The notes under the pieces are model-generated. The model made no database searches and was not told where the DNA came from. It saw only the letters and a program-made list of their open reading frames with translations. Of a DNA stretch of 64,000 nucleotides, positions 9,520 through 20,246 are shown piece after piece. Position 1 is the stretch's first letter; each line of letters starts with the position of its first letter. Source of the stretch: Bdellovibrionales bacterium (lineage in GTDB: Bacteria > Bdellovibrionota > Bdellovibrionia > Bdellovibrionales > JAGQZY01). A program made the position numbers and the translations under genes. The DNA lies in the NCBI GenBank assembly GCA_964230645.1, contig CAXRHT010000001.1, positions 832,001-896,000 of the forward strand, written 5' to 3'.

Positions 9520-10218
9520 TTAGCCCTGTTCTCTACCACTGCACTGATTAAGAGGGACGGATTCTTTGATTTTCTTGGGAGGATCTAAATTGAGATTTTT
9601 CATAATTTCCACGAATTCATCCAGACTCTTCTCTAGCTTCAAACGGGGATTGAAATTCTTCTCTTCTTCAATCGTCGAGTTGGTGCGTCCTTTATAGTCG
9701 TGTCCGGGATAGACCAGAGTGGAATCAGGAAGTGCGAATAAAATATCTCTCACAGATTTAAACAGAGTTTCACTATCGCCTCCTTGAAAATCTGTGCGAC
9801 CGCAACCTCGGATGAGCAGAGTGTCTCCGGTAAATAAATAAGGATAAAGATAATAGCTCGTGCAGCCCTCGGTATGGCCGGGAGTGAGTAATGCTTCAAT
9901 TTTATATTCCCCAAAACTTATGGTTTGGCGATGACCGAGAGTCACATCAGCCGACTCAACATCGGCTGTGTTCCCAACAACCAACTGACAGTGAAAATGA
10001 TCTTTCATTTTCTGGGCTGCAGTCACATGATCGGCATGAATATGGGTTTCTAAGGCAAATTTTAATTTGAGTTTCATTTCATTGATAATTTGTACGTCTC
10101 TGTCGAAATTCTCCCTGACTGGATCTATGACTATGGCTTCCCTGGTGTAATCATCGCCGAGGATATAAGTAAACGTTGAGGATTCTTTGTCTATCAATTG
10201 TCTAAACATAATTCCCAT
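9520..10218 (-). CDS. MBL-fold persulfide dioxygenase (ETHE1-like)
   Basis: ETHIHADH, TPGHT, FTGDTLLIRGCGRTDFQGG, PGHDYKG and NPRL motifs. Confidence 0.9.
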   Translation of the reverse strand: MGIMFRQLIDKESSTFTYILGDDYTREAIVIDPVRENFDRDVQIINEMKLKLKFALETHIHADHVTAAQKMKDHFHCQLVVGNTADVESADVTLGHRQTISFGEYKIEALLTPGHTEGCTSYYLYPYLFTGDTLLIRGCGRTDFQGGDSETLFKSVRDILFALPDSTLVYPGHDYKGRTNSTIEEEKNFNPRLKLEKSLDEFVEIMKNLNLDPPKKIKESVPLNQCSGREQG

Positions 10219-10228
10219 ATATCCACCT

Positions 10229-11161
10229 TCAGTAAATTTTTAAAACGACCATGACGACCAGAACGAGAGGAAAGTTGAGCTTCAAGAGCACGCATCCAAG
10301 AATAGTCAATAATAGAGGTGCTGTCCACCCACTCAATAAGCTCAAAGATAGGCCCAATAGAGCGGCTAAAACTAACTTTAAAAAGCCCTTTTGATGGAAA
10401 ATGAGACTGTAACTAATTAACAAAATATTAAGTCCTGTGATTCTAGCGTTATCCCTTAATTTGTCGAAGTGAGAAACCCTCTCCTCACTTCTGGGATAGT
10501 AAACATCAATAGCCACCTCTTTAACAGGAAATCCTCTCCACAAATAACGAACTAAAACTTCAATTTCAAAGTCGTATCTCTTCGTAAAAAATGAAATTTT
10601 CGATAATTCCTTTAAGGGATAGACTCGGAAGCCACTTTGAGAATCAGAAACCTTTGTGGAAGCCTGATACCACACCCAAAAATTTGAAAATTTTCGTCCA
10701 AACTTTGAAAGACCAGGAACATTTTTACCAAAACGTCTGGCTCCAATAATGATAGCCTCGGGCTCTTCCCTTGCTGCCTGCAACAGTGGAGCGATATCTT
10801 TAGCTAAATGTTGTCCATCAGCATCAATCGTAATGATGTGAGTGTACTGTTGAGCAAGGTTTCCAAGCGCCCAACTGAGGGCCGCCCCTTTTCCTTGGTT
10901 CTTTTCAAAACGCTTCACCTGTACTCTCTTCTCCGCTGACCCAGGTGTTGTTACACCGGATGGGGATTGGGAGAAAGCCTCCTGGCTCGGTTTCAAATCG
11001 TGTTTCTCTACAATCCCTCTGATAGTTTCACCATCGACTTTCGGATCGGAGCCGTCGTCGATCACCCAAATAGGAAAGTCCTGATGCTTTAAAACATCCT
11101 CAACCACATCATAAACTTTGCCTTGGCTATTGTAGGCTGGAATTACCACGCAAGGATTCAT
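10229..11161 (-). CDS. Glycosyltransferase family 2 (aryl-polyene cluster type) with short hydrophobic C-tail
   Basis: VIPAYN, IDDGS, NQGKGAA, IDADGQH, DSQSGFRVYP and RVSHF motifs. Confidence 0.9.
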   Translation of the reverse strand: MNPCVVIPAYNSQGKVYDVVEDVLKHQDFPIWVIDDGSDPKVDGETIRGIVEKHDLKPSQEAFSQSPSGVTTPGSAEKRVQVKRFEKNQGKGAALSWALGNLAQQYTHIITIDADGQHLAKDIAPLLQAAREEPEAIIIGARRFGKNVPGLSKFGRKFSNFWVWYQASTKVSDSQSGFRVYPLKELSKISFFTKRYDFEIEVLVRYLWRGFPVKEVAIDVYYPRSEERVSHFDKLRDNARITGLNILLISYSLIFHQKGFLKLVLAALLGLSLSLLSGWTAPLLLTILGCVLLKLNFPLVLVVMVVLKIY

Positions 11162-11163
11162 TC

Positions 11164-11949
11164 TTAAAAACTCTCATAGGAATGGGACTGACTCAATTGC
11201 AGAATTCTTTTTTGAATCTGATCGCTTACAGATTGACTGAGCTTCTCAGCCGAAGAAAATTGAGCAGAATCCACCGCAGGCAGTGACTCGATAATCAATG
11301 GAGCCTTTTTAGCGATCGCTAATTCCTCTTTTGGCCAAAGGTAATCACTCCCCCAGATCACAACGGGGATAACCGGAGAGCGGGTCTGTATGGCTTTTTG
11401 GAACGGACCCAGAGTGAAGCGAGAAAGTTTAGTCTCTCCAAAAGCAGACCGAGTCATCTCGGGGAAAACAAGAATTCGATCCTTCATTTCTAGACCTTTT
11501 CTAATATCTTCCATGGCCTTCCAATAGGATTCACTCCGGCCACGCTTAATGTAAACCATCCGCAGAAGCCAGGCGGCTTGCCCGAGTCCCGGAATCCAAA
11601 AAATCAAATTTTTAGTGAGCACCCGAACCCCTGGAATAAGCTCCAGCAATAAAAACACATCCAAGTGGGAGCGGTGATTGGCAACAAACAAAGCGCCTGT
11701 TTCATATTGCGCAATCTCTTTAGGCAAAGTGATTTTAAACTCCCCCACCCACCAAGGCTGAAAAAACTTTAACCATTTCACTCCCATGACCGTGATTCGC
11801 CCGGAAAGTTTTCTGGCGGAGAGACTGAAACGGGCGAGGAGGCTCACCGGCAAATTGAGAATAAAAATAGAAATGAGGCCAAGAGGAGCAATACAAAAAG
11901 CCAACCACAGCAGCGGAGATTTATACCTCTTGATTTTGACATTATTCAT
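11164..11949 (-). CDS. Lysophospholipid acyltransferase (PlsC-like)
   Basis: ANHRSHLD (NHx4D) and VFPEMTRS motifs; N-terminal TM. Confidence 0.88.
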   Translation of the reverse strand: MNNVKIKRYKSPLLWLAFCIAPLGLISIFILNLPVSLLARFSLSARKLSGRITVMGVKWLKFFQPWWVGEFKITLPKEIAQYETGALFVANHRSHLDVFLLLELIPGVRVLTKNLIFWIPGLGQAAWLLRMVYIKRGRSESYWKAMEDIRKGLEMKDRILVFPEMTRSAFGETKLSRFTLGPFQKAIQTRSPVIPVVIWGSDYLWPKEELAIAKKAPLIIESLPAVDSAQFSSAEKLSQSVSDQIQKRILQLSQSHSYESF

Positions 11950-12002
11950 TACTATTTAAATAGTCGTAAACAGCAGATTTGTCTACGATCAACAGGGATT
12001 TC

Positions 12003-13535
12003 ATGGACGCTCAAAAAACCGATATTCTGATCATTGGAAGTGGTATGTCCGCTTTAACCTCCGCGATCTTACTTTTAAGGAAAGGCTATAGTGTCAGAAT
12101 CTTAGAGGCCCACTACAAAGCGGGTGGCTATATGCATTCCTTTGAAAAAATGGGACACACTTATGACAGTGGTGCCCACTATGTTGGGGCTCTTGCTCCC
12201 CATGAACCTTTCTGGGCCCTACTCAATTATCTTGATGTTTATGATGAGTCCCTCTTCACTCCATTAGATGAGGAGGCCTTTGACTCTTTTTATTTCAAAA
12301 ACCAGCAAATAAAAGAGATTCAGTATGGAAAAGGCTATGATCGAGTGATTGAGCACTTTTGTGAAAAATTCCCTCAAGAAAGCGCTGGAATAAAGACTTT
12401 TTTTAAAACAATCCAAAACACGGCTCGTAATTTCCCCACTTACCATTTTTTGGTTAACTACGATCAATCTAAACTTCTCAAATCTCTTGAGACCAGTTTG
12501 CTTGAGGAAGCAAGAAAACACACTCAAAACCCAGAACTCCTCAATGCTTTCTTCGGCTACTGTGGACTGCACGGAGTCATGCCCGCTGATGTATCCTTTG
12601 GCCTGCACTCTATAATTGTTGATTCGCTGATCCGTAGTGGAGGTTATGGTTTTCGCGGGTCCGGGGACGCCCTGGTAAAAAAACTTGTAGAGAAAATTGA
12701 GACCCTGGGCGGTGAAATCCTACTGAAACAAAAAGTTACTTCTTTTGAGATTAAAGATAAAAAAGTGCAGAGCCTAGTTACCCAGAGAGGAACGGTTTTT
12801 GAAGCTGATCATTTTATCTTTAGCGGTCATCCAAAAGATATGATTGAAATGGCCGGTCCTGAGCACTTCAGAAAACTCTACACCAAACGGATCGGCAAAA
12901 CTCCAGACTCTATTGGAATCATGGGCATTTATGGGGTGGCAAAACCGGGAACTTTTGAAAACATCAAACGAAACTACTACCAGGTCACTACCCCTCTTCC
13001 CGAACATTTTGACCCTGATGAAAAACGTCCCCTCAGCAAAGACCCCATCATTAGTTTTGTCACATTCCCTGACCGGGAACTAAACCCTAAAACAGAGGAA
13101 GTCCCATTCAGCATCCATGCCCCTCAATTGTATTCTTGGGTTGAAGACTGGAAGAGCAAAAAAGCTTACAGCCGAGACAAAGACTATTTGAATTTTAAAG
13201 AAAAATTAACAGATTCCATTTTTGATTTCGTTGAGACAAGTGGTTTGAAAATAAAAGAAAACACACTCAAGTTCGAATCATCAACCAGCCTCACCAATAG
13301 ACGCTTTAATCTATCTCCTCTGGGCTCGGCTTACGGAATTTATCATTCCATGGATTATACCGGTGTCAGGGCTCTCAGTGGTAAGACCAGTATTGAAAAT
13401 CTTTTTATCACCGGTCAAAATACGCTTTTTCCAGGAATTATGGCCGCCTCCATCGCTGGCATTCGAACCACTGGTTTTTTAATTGGTATTAAAGAGACCA
13501 TCGCTGACATTAGAAAGGTGATGGACGGACAATAA
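12003..13535 (+). CDS. FAD-dependent oxidoreductase, phytoene desaturase/retinol saturase family
   Basis: IIGSGMS, GGYMHSF, YDSGAHYVG, GSAYGI and NLFITGQ motifs. ATG 12003 preferred over TTG 11979. Confidence 0.85.
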   Translation: MDAQKTDILIIGSGMSALTSAILLLRKGYSVRILEAHYKAGGYMHSFEKMGHTYDSGAHYVGALAPHEPFWALLNYLDVYDESLFTPLDEEAFDSFYFKNQQIKEIQYGKGYDRVIEHFCEKFPQESAGIKTFFKTIQNTARNFPTYHFLVNYDQSKLLKSLETSLLEEARKHTQNPELLNAFFGYCGLHGVMPADVSFGLHSIIVDSLIRSGGYGFRGSGDALVKKLVEKIETLGGEILLKQKVTSFEIKDKKVQSLVTQRGTVFEADHFIFSGHPKDMIEMAGPEHFRKLYTKRIGKTPDSIGIMGIYGVAKPGTFENIKRNYYQVTTPLPEHFDPDEKRPLSKDPIISFVTFPDRELNPKTEEVPFSIHAPQLYSWVEDWKSKKAYSRDKDYLNFKEKLTDSIFDFVETSGLKIKENTLKFESSTSLTNRRFNLSPLGSAYGIYHSMDYTGVRALSGKTSIENLFITGQNTLFPGIMAASIAGIRTTGFLIGIKETIADIRKVMDGQ

Positions 13536-13563
13536 AAAAAGCGCACCTAGTGGATGCGCTTTT
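13536..13563. terminator. Bidirectional intrinsic terminator
   Basis: AAAAAGCGCA-CCTAGTGGA-TGCGCTTTT between convergent genes. Confidence 0.75.
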
Positions 13564-13587
13564 AAATTAAATTTACAAACTAAAATA

Positions 13588-14064
13588 TTACTGACCAACA
13601 ACAAGCTCAGAAACTAGAGCGTCCATTTCTTCTTGATTGTTAGGTAGAGGATACATATTTGCACCCAGTTTCGTGGCTTTAAAAGCATCGCCCTCAACCG
13701 CAGTACTCATGAAAAGTGGAGTGAGAATAAAAGGCCAAATTAAAAAATAACCCCAACCTTTTTTACAACGAGGCTCAGAGGAATCACTGGCGTGCCAGCG
13801 AATATTTCCAATGGCGTTAGCACCTTTGGCTTTAGCATTATAAATGAGCTCTTGCACTGACCCACGGGCTTTTTCGGTGCAGTTATCCCAAATCGCTCCG
13901 CCATCTTCTCCTTCAACCATACCTAGATTTTCACCTTCGAATTCGCCAGCCTTAAGAGCCACTCCTTCTTCGCTAAAATCATTGTAATCGATTCTAGCCC
14001 TGTGGGTAGAACATGCACTGGCAAAAAATGCCACAACCAACAAATAGGAAAGTGTCTTTTTCAT
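13588..14064 (-). CDS. Lipoprotein, YbjQ/RcsF-like fold
   Basis: Lipobox ASAC; ELIYNAKAKGANAIGNI motif; paired Cys residues. Confidence 0.55.
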   Translation of the reverse strand: MKKTLSYLLVVAFFASACSTHRARIDYNDFSEEGVALKAGEFEGENLGMVEGEDGGAIWDNCTEKARGSVQELIYNAKAKGANAIGNIRWHASDSSEPRCKKGWGYFLIWPFILTPLFMSTAVEGDAFKATKLGANMYPLPNNQEEMDALVSELVVGQ

Positions 14065-14232
14065 GAATTCCTCCTTAACTTTTCCAATAACAAATTTTTG
14101 CTATCTTCGAATGAAAAGTCAATCACACTCCAGTTGAAGATCAAGACCACCCACCCTGGCCTGTTCTTTTTAAGTCACACAGTGCGTGTGTTTTTTTACT
14201 CTTTGCTAGGGATCGAATTTTATTTAGAAAGA

Positions 14233-14691
14233 CTATTCAAAGTAGACTTGAATTTCAGTTTCGGCCAGCAGAGTCTCGTCCCCGGGCACTCGCACTTCCC
14301 CACGAACGTAAGTCACAGGTAAAAGCTCTCGGATCACGCGAAGACTGACTTCCAGTTGACTGACTTTATCAAGATCAACACTTTCGAAGTTGGCCCGGCA
14401 AAATCGCACACCTGTGAGGTAGGTTTGGCTAGGAGGATCACTGAATTTATGAATCACTTGATAGGCCGCCTTAAGATAGCCAAAGCCTTGTGCGGTAAAC
14501 TCAATGGCCGAGGATGCCCGCAACTCATGACCGTCATTCACATACAAAGAGTCCTTTTTAATATCCACAACACATACGCCAGCCAAACCCTTATAGTCTT
14601 TTCCCACTTCGGCCACACGATTGACCCAGACCATAGGAGGTCTATGGGGAAGATAAGGAATTAAGTCTTTTATGAGCATATCTTCAGACAT
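14233..14691 (-). CDS. Hotdog-fold dehydratase partner (ApeP-like)
   Basis: YLPHRPPMVWVNRV and IEFTAQ motifs; located in the PKS cluster. Confidence 0.75.
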   Translation of the reverse strand: MSEDMLIKDLIPYLPHRPPMVWVNRVAEVGKDYKGLAGVCVVDIKKDSLYVNDGHELRASSAIEFTAQGFGYLKAAYQVIHKFSDPPSQTYLTGVRFCRANFESVDLDKVSQLEVSLRVIRELLPVTYVRGEVRVPGDETLLAETEIQVYFE

Positions 14692-15295
14692 TGCTAATTC
14701 TCTCTTTGGTTATGGCCGAGAAAGTAAATCCCTTCTCTGAGCCTCGCGCCAGAAACTGTTCTAAGCCTTTTAAAAATCCTTTTTGGAAGGCCGTCTTTTG
14801 ACGGTCATGAAGAAGAACAATATCACCGGATTGAAAATTGTAAAATGATTGCGTCCAAGAAAATGGCAAATTCGTATCAAAAAAACGTTTGTTCCAGTGC
14901 ACCCACGGTAAAGACAACTCACTCATGACGCGCATCAATGGAGGTGTAACAACCCCAGCCGGTGAGCGAAAGGCTACAGGAGACTCTCCTAATAAGTGAG
15001 TTAAGGTCTTATTTCCCTCAAGGATCCACTCTTTGAGGCGATCTTGCGACCTAAAAAAATGGGAATATTGATGATTCAGAGAGTGATCTCCAATGGAATG
15101 TCCCTTTTCTCGTATCCGCTCTAGCTCGCTAGGATTTTGCTTTGCTTTCTCGGCAATCACAAAAAAGGTGGCTTTTGCATCAAAGGCAGAAAGGCAGTCC
15201 AATACCTTTGGGGTAAAATCGGAGTCGGGACCATCGTCGAAACTCAGAAAAATTTCAGTTTCTTTTGTTGGAATGTGAGAGAGTGGGCGCTTCAT
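14684..15295 (-). CDS. Polysaccharide deacetylase (NodB/CE4)
   Basis: LSFDDGP, ATFF, HSLNH, FRSPAG and IVLLHD motifs. Confidence 0.9.
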   Translation of the reverse strand: MKRPLSHIPTKETEIFLSFDDGPDSDFTPKVLDCLSAFDAKATFFVIAEKAKQNPSELERIREKGHSIGDHSLNHQYSHFFRSQDRLKEWILEGNKTLTHLLGESPVAFRSPAGVVTPPLMRVMSELSLPWVHWNKRFFDTNLPFSWTQSFYNFQSGDIVLLHDRQKTAFQKGFLKGLEQFLARGSEKGFTFSAITKERISNV

Positions 15296-15296
15296 T

Positions 15297-15923
15297 TTAG
15301 TTCACTCGAAAACCAATTTCCATATGCTGGAAATTTATTTTGAAACTCTGCTTACTATTGATAGCAGAGTAGAGTTCTTCAAAATGACCGACTCCCTTAA
15401 GTTCACTAGTCTCAGAAATTATCTCTAGAGTGCTCAGAGATTCTTCCGTCAGATAAAGAAATTCTCCTTCTGTTTTAACAGAATAATCAGAGACTTCTCC
15501 CAGTTCTTCCGGGAAGCTATCCGCATGAATCATCAAAACTGGGTTTCTATTAGCAACTGCTTGTACAAGGGCCGCGGCCATCACTTCCTTTTGGGGCTCA
15601 TCGATCGCACAAAGAGAGTAGGTGGGCCCAAGAATTTGTAACTGCTGACTGATAAAACCAGTGGTCGAATGGTGTAGACTGTTTTGAAAAAGGAAGGGAC
15701 GCCCCACGCCGTTTTGAGCCAGTCCTTTTAAGTAATTAAAAGTGGGCTCGATTTCGCCGTGCAGGGATCCGAGAAATACTTCCGTTTTGTTCGGCAGATC
15801 TTGGGGAAGAGTTTTTTCTAACCCCCCAATAAGAATGCGCATTAAAGTCGTGGCTTTGCGAAACCGGGGATCAAATGCCGCTTCTTGCTTGGGATCGTAT
15901 TTCCAGAAGAGATTGGCACTCAC
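15297..15923 (-). CDS. Beta-ketoacyl synthase chain-length-factor-like protein
   Basis: GSLHGE and PFLFQNSLHHSTTG motifs, no catalytic Cys, directly downstream of a KS. Confidence 0.75.
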   Translation of the reverse strand: MSANLFWKYDPKQEAAFDPRFRKATTLMRILIGGLEKTLPQDLPNKTEVFLGSLHGEIEPTFNYLKGLAQNGVGRPFLFQNSLHHSTTGFISQQLQILGPTYSLCAIDEPQKEVMAAALVQAVANRNPVLMIHADSFPEELGEVSDYSVKTEGEFLYLTEESLSTLEIISETSELKGVGHFEELYSAINSKQSFKINFQHMEIGFRVN

Positions 15924-15924
15924 T

Positions 15925-17091
15925 TCACGCCTCCCGCCCCAAGATTAGACTGGCGTTAATCCCACCAAAGCCTAAAGTATTTTTTAAGATATAGGATACT
16001 TTTGAGTTCTGGTTATCTCTAGCCATATTGATGGTGAAATGTTTTGGCTCGGAAAAAGCACTCCCTAAAATTTTTTGCCTTTTTAAAGCTTCACAACAAA
16101 GGAGGGTCTCCCATACTCCAGAGGCGGCCAAGCTATGACCGTGAATACCTTTTGTGGAAGAAACCGGAGCTTTTATCTCTAGCTGCTTTATAGCAGCCGC
16201 TTCCGCCCGATCATTTTGAAGAGAGCCAGTGCCGTGGGCGTGAACCCAATCAATATCTTCCGAAGTGAGTGCAGCATCTTCAAGGGCTTGCGAGATTGAA
16301 TGTAGTGGACCACTGCCATCAGGCTTTGGGGCTGTCATCGAATATCCATCACTCGCACAGCCATAACCAACAATTTTCACCGAGTGCTCCCGACGTTTTT
16401 GCCTTTCAAGAACAAAAGCTCCGACCGCCTCGCTCAGGCAAATTCCACTCCTGGTCTCGTTAAAGGGAAGGCAGTCCTCTCCATTAACCAATGATAAAGA
16501 AGAAAACCCAGTCCGAGTTAAATCACATATTTGCTCAGCTCCCAAAATCACACAGCGGTCTACCAAACCAAGGTTCAACCAGTTTCGCCCTAAACCGATG
16601 GCTTGTGTTCCTGCCGCACAGGCTGATGAAACAATTTGGATGGGACCTTGATGCTCCAATTGGTGGCGAATCTCCTGAGCAAAGCCTCCAATGGGCTGAT
16701 ACAAAATACCGTTAGTTTTTTCCCCTTGAAAATGATTGATTAATTCACTTTCCCACACTCGAGTGAGTCCTGTGGTCGTAGCGATGATAAGGCCATCGCG
16801 AGGGCCCCATTTTAATTGACTTTTTTCCTCAAGGCTCCTGAGACAAAAAAGAGACCAAGCCAGTAACTTATTCTCTGCAACCTCGTTTAGAAGAGTTTTT
16901 CTGGAAAAAAGATTTTCAGTTCCAAGGCAGTGCTTTGAATGTTCTTCAGGGATATAAAGCAGTCCGTTTTCGAAGTGTCTTTTTTTTTCTTCGCAGGCTT
17001 CCCACAAGCTCTCGATCCCTACACCATAAGGATGAATACTCGCGTGTTCGTTGATAAAAACAGGAGCTATATTTTTAATGGCTCGTTCCAC
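15925..17091 (-). CDS. Beta-ketoacyl-ACP synthase (KS1)
   Basis: SSACAAG, HAHGTG, GHSLAASG and GFGG: complete Cys-His-His triad. Confidence 0.92.
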   Translation of the reverse strand: MERAIKNIAPVFINEHASIHPYGVGIESLWEACEEKKRHFENGLLYIPEEHSKHCLGTENLFSRKTLLNEVAENKLLAWSLFCLRSLEEKSQLKWGPRDGLIIATTTGLTRVWESELINHFQGEKTNGILYQPIGGFAQEIRHQLEHQGPIQIVSSACAAGTQAIGLGRNWLNLGLVDRCVILGAEQICDLTRTGFSSLSLVNGEDCLPFNETRSGICLSEAVGAFVLERQKRREHSVKIVGYGCASDGYSMTAPKPDGSGPLHSISQALEDAALTSEDIDWVHAHGTGSLQNDRAEAAAIKQLEIKAPVSSTKGIHGHSLAASGVWETLLCCEALKRQKILGSAFSEPKHFTINMARDNQNSKVSYILKNTLGFGGINASLILGREA

Positions 17092-17359
17092 TTTTTTCGT
17101 TCATTACAAAGTCAACGATTGTCGAGATCGACTGAAAAGCCTCTTTGCCCTTTTCAGCATTAGGAACCTTAACATCGTATTTGTTTTCGATGGCCACAAT
17201 AATTTCTAGGATATCCACAGAATCAAGACCGAGTCCATCTTGGTAGAGAGAGGCATCATCCTTAATGGAGTCCACAGTAAGGTGTTGCAAATTGACAGCT
17301 TCAATAATTAAGCTTTTCACGTCTTCTGACAATTTTTCTCTATCCATAACAAACTCCAT
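17075..17359 (-). CDS. Acyl carrier protein (ACP1)
   Basis: GLGLDSVDILEI phosphopantetheine site; small and acidic. Confidence 0.92.
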   Translation of the reverse strand: MEFVMDREKLSEDVKSLIIEAVNLQHLTVDSIKDDASLYQDGLGLDSVDILEIIVAIENKYDVKVPNAEKGKEAFQSISTIVDFVMNEKSGTSH

Positions 17360-17397
17360 TCGACCTCAAAGAGCAGTCGTGATATTTACCTTGAAAT

Positions 17398-18096
17398 ATG
17401 AGACTCGTCAGCACTGGGCCCCTAATGCAGCACATTAAGCAGAGGCAATCAGGCCTATTTCCATGGAGGATAGGCTTTCAAGGTTCTATCAATTTACAAT
17501 CTCAGCTTATCAATTGCCGAACCAACAGTTTCATCCTCTCATCACTTATCTTACTGATTCAGGCTTTCAGTTTCTCGGGACATTGCGAAATAAGCCAAGC
17601 GGCCAGAGACTCCTTAAAACCCCTTCAAAATATCAATCGCCTCAAAGCTAATTTTACCCAAACTCGCCATGTCAGTAAATGGCAGACAGACGTGAAGACA
17701 AGCGGAAAATTTCAATTTAGTAGAATGCCCCATAAATCGGTTCTGTGGGAAATTCTCGATCCCAGTTATATGGCTGTGCGGATGGATGACAATGGGCTTT
17801 TCCTTAAATCCGGTAAAAACTCGACCTGGAAATCCATTAAAAGTGAGCGCATGGCAGAACAGATGAGAAACATTTTCTCTTGGCTCTCCTTTGACCTTGC
17901 TGCCATGGAAAAATCTTTTCACATAAAAAACCATAAAAACAATGAGTTTATCCTTTCTCCCAAACAAGATGACTCTCATTTTGAGCACATGCATCTTTTT
18001 CTCAATCCCGACAACCTTGTCGAAAAAATTAGACTGAACGAGAAAAACGGCGATTACATCTTGATTGAATTTAGCACCTCTCAGGTCCAGAGATGA
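17398..18096 (+). CDS. LolA-like carrier protein (start uncertain)
   Basis: ANFTQTR, TSGKFQF, VLWEILDP and EKNGDYILIEF motifs; adjacent to the MMPL gene. Confidence 0.75.
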   Translation: MRLVSTGPLMQHIKQRQSGLFPWRIGFQGSINLQSQLINCRTNSFILSSLILLIQAFSFSGHCEISQAARDSLKPLQNINRLKANFTQTRHVSKWQTDVKTSGKFQFSRMPHKSVLWEILDPSYMAVRMDDNGLFLKSGKNSTWKSIKSERMAEQMRNIFSWLSFDLAAMEKSFHIKNHKNNEFILSPKQDDSHFEHMHLFLNPDNLVEKIRLNEKNGDYILIEFSTSQVQR

Positions 18097-20246
18097 AAGA
18101 CCTCCGCTCACAATTTGAATTCTCAAGGTTCAACTGCGCACGCAGACTTTTCCCTAGACTATTTGTTTTGACCTTTCTTTTTCTCATCTTTTCACCGGCA
18201 AATGCGAAGGTAACAAGCTCCAATAAGATTTTTTTCCCTGCAAAAGAGGGACGTCCTCTTTTAGAGCTACAGAAAACTCCAGTGACCTGGTGGAACTTTC
18301 TTTTTTACGATTCATCAAAGATTCAGCGCTCTAAAGTGTGTGACCTTTTATCTGGCCTAGATAAAGAGTCCATTCTTTTCAACCCCTGCGGAAACTTACC
18401 CGTTAATCAGCAGTGGTTAAATAGATGGTCAAAAGAAAATCTCCTTCACTCCCCTCCTCCTCAAAGTCTTAGGGATGTTGAAAAAAAATTAAATCATGCC
18501 CTAGTTCAGCTGAGTCTCCCTCTTCCCACCGGGCAGCTTGAAATTTTACGCACAAATCCTTTGGCTGATTTTTCAAAATTAGAAGCTGTTTTTTCGCGTT
18601 TTTTTGAAACCTCGGAACCTTCTACTGACAAATGGAAGGCGATTCCGATCCTTTTTCACTTCCCTCCGTCAAAAGTGAGCAAAACGGAGAACCTGCTTAA
18701 ATCTTTTCCCACCGACTCTTCTCATTTTCATTGGGTCGGTCCCCATATTGGAACCTATGAGAATCAGCAAACTATCATTAAAGATGTAAAAAAAGTTTTA
18801 ACGACCGGGACTCTCCTTTTAGGACTCTTATTTCTCTTTTTAATTTTACGAGGTCGGGTCGCCTATTTACTACTAATCCCTATTCTTGGTATCTCCTGTC
18901 TTTTTGCCTACCTAGTTGTGCACTGGGCTTGGGGCTCAATTCATGGGCTCACTTTGGCTTTTGGAAGTGGACTGATAGGCATCTCCATGGACTACGCTTT
19001 TCATGGCTGGAAAACTAATCATGATCACTTTCTATGGAAGACTAATAGTATCGGTTTTACGACAACCTTTGGTGCCTTTTTGCTATTAACCTTTTTTTCC
19101 ATACCATTAATTAGGCAGATTAGTTTTTTTACCTCTACAGGTCTTGCCTGTGCCTTTATTCTCAGTTTTTCTCTGTCTCGCCTCATGAGCACACGATGGA
19201 AAATTGCTCCCCTTAATGTGCCCCGCTTTAATATCTCAAAAACAATTCGGTTGAGCCTTCTCGGCTTATTCCTACTTTTAGCTGTCTTTAAAATCCCTGG
19301 TTTTCACTATGACTTTGCATTGAAAAAAATGGATCACTCAATATCTCTAAGGCCAGAAGGGGTCAGCGATGAGGATCTCTTTAATGACTCCTCCAGGCTC
19401 GGCTTTCTCCCTGTCCAAGCCAACAGGCAAGAGGAGATCATTTCTTGGGGGCGAAATGAGAATCTATCCCTGCTTGGCTCTCATTCACTCTTTACAACAA
19501 GACACTCTGAAGATAGCTTACAAAAGTGGATTCAGTGGAGTTGCCCACCGGGCCAGGGAATCAAGGCACTTGATAATCCCACCTTCCAAAAGATTTTTCG
19601 TGAGTTTTATTCTTTTCTATCTTGCGAAAATCTTCAGACCTACCGTTTGAACGATTGGAAATCTTCTCTCAATCTATTTAAAAACCAAAATCAAGAACTT
19701 CTCATAGTAAAAGCCAACAACAAAAATCAGTATGACAAAATAAAAGATCGCTGGCCACAAAGCTTCTTCGTTTCGGATTTCACAAAAAACTTTTCTAAAA
19801 GTATGGAAAAAGACACGATTCAATATTTGATTATCATTTTTCTTTTTGTCTCATCGCTGCTCCTAATTGTTTTTCAAAAAAGATTCCCACTTGTTATCTT
19901 ACCAACTTTGGGAGCCGTCTTAGGTCTTATTCTTCTGGTAGGCTTCTCTGGCCGCCCTGCCACTTTTATGACCTTTATGGGCTTATTAATATTACTAGGA
20001 CTAACTCTTGATTACGGCATTTTTTGTACCGCTTTTTTAAAAAGACGAAAACCACTCGATGATGTTTTTGGTGCTGTCAGCCTCTCGGCACTCACCTCGA
20101 TATGTGGCTTTGCGCCTCTGGCCTTCTGCACCCATCCTGTTTTACGCGACCTAGGAGGATCAATTATCTTTGGACTTATGGGAGCCTGTTTTGTTACATT
20201 CATAGCCTACCCTCTGTTTGAAGTCTCTGGGGGTAAAAAGTCATGA
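18093..20246 (+). CDS. MMPL/RND-family lipid exporter
   Basis: Two TM bundles, each with a G-x3-DY motif (GISMDYA, GLTLDYG), separated by large loops. Confidence 0.82.
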   Translation: MKDLRSQFEFSRFNCARRLFPRLFVLTFLFLIFSPANAKVTSSNKIFFPAKEGRPLLELQKTPVTWWNFLFYDSSKIQRSKVCDLLSGLDKESILFNPCGNLPVNQQWLNRWSKENLLHSPPPQSLRDVEKKLNHALVQLSLPLPTGQLEILRTNPLADFSKLEAVFSRFFETSEPSTDKWKAIPILFHFPPSKVSKTENLLKSFPTDSSHFHWVGPHIGTYENQQTIIKDVKKVLTTGTLLLGLLFLFLILRGRVAYLLLIPILGISCLFAYLVVHWAWGSIHGLTLAFGSGLIGISMDYAFHGWKTNHDHFLWKTNSIGFTTTFGAFLLLTFFSIPLIRQISFFTSTGLACAFILSFSLSRLMSTRWKIAPLNVPRFNISKTIRLSLLGLFLLLAVFKIPGFHYDFALKKMDHSISLRPEGVSDEDLFNDSSRLGFLPVQANRQEEIISWGRNENLSLLGSHSLFTTRHSEDSLQKWIQWSCPPGQGIKALDNPTFQKIFREFYSFLSCENLQTYRLNDWKSSLNLFKNQNQELLIVKANNKNQYDKIKDRWPQSFFVSDFTKNFSKSMEKDTIQYLIIIFLFVSSLLLIVFQKRFPLVILPTLGAVLGLILLVGFSGRPATFMTFMGLLILLGLTLDYGIFCTAFLKRRKPLDDVFGAVSLSALTSICGFAPLAFCTHPVLRDLGGSIIFGLMGACFVTFIAYPLFEVSGGKKS

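Noticed and set aside
12003..13535. Carotenoid pathway (crtI)
   Set aside because: No crtB/crtE/crtY nearby; the context is a type II PKS cluster.
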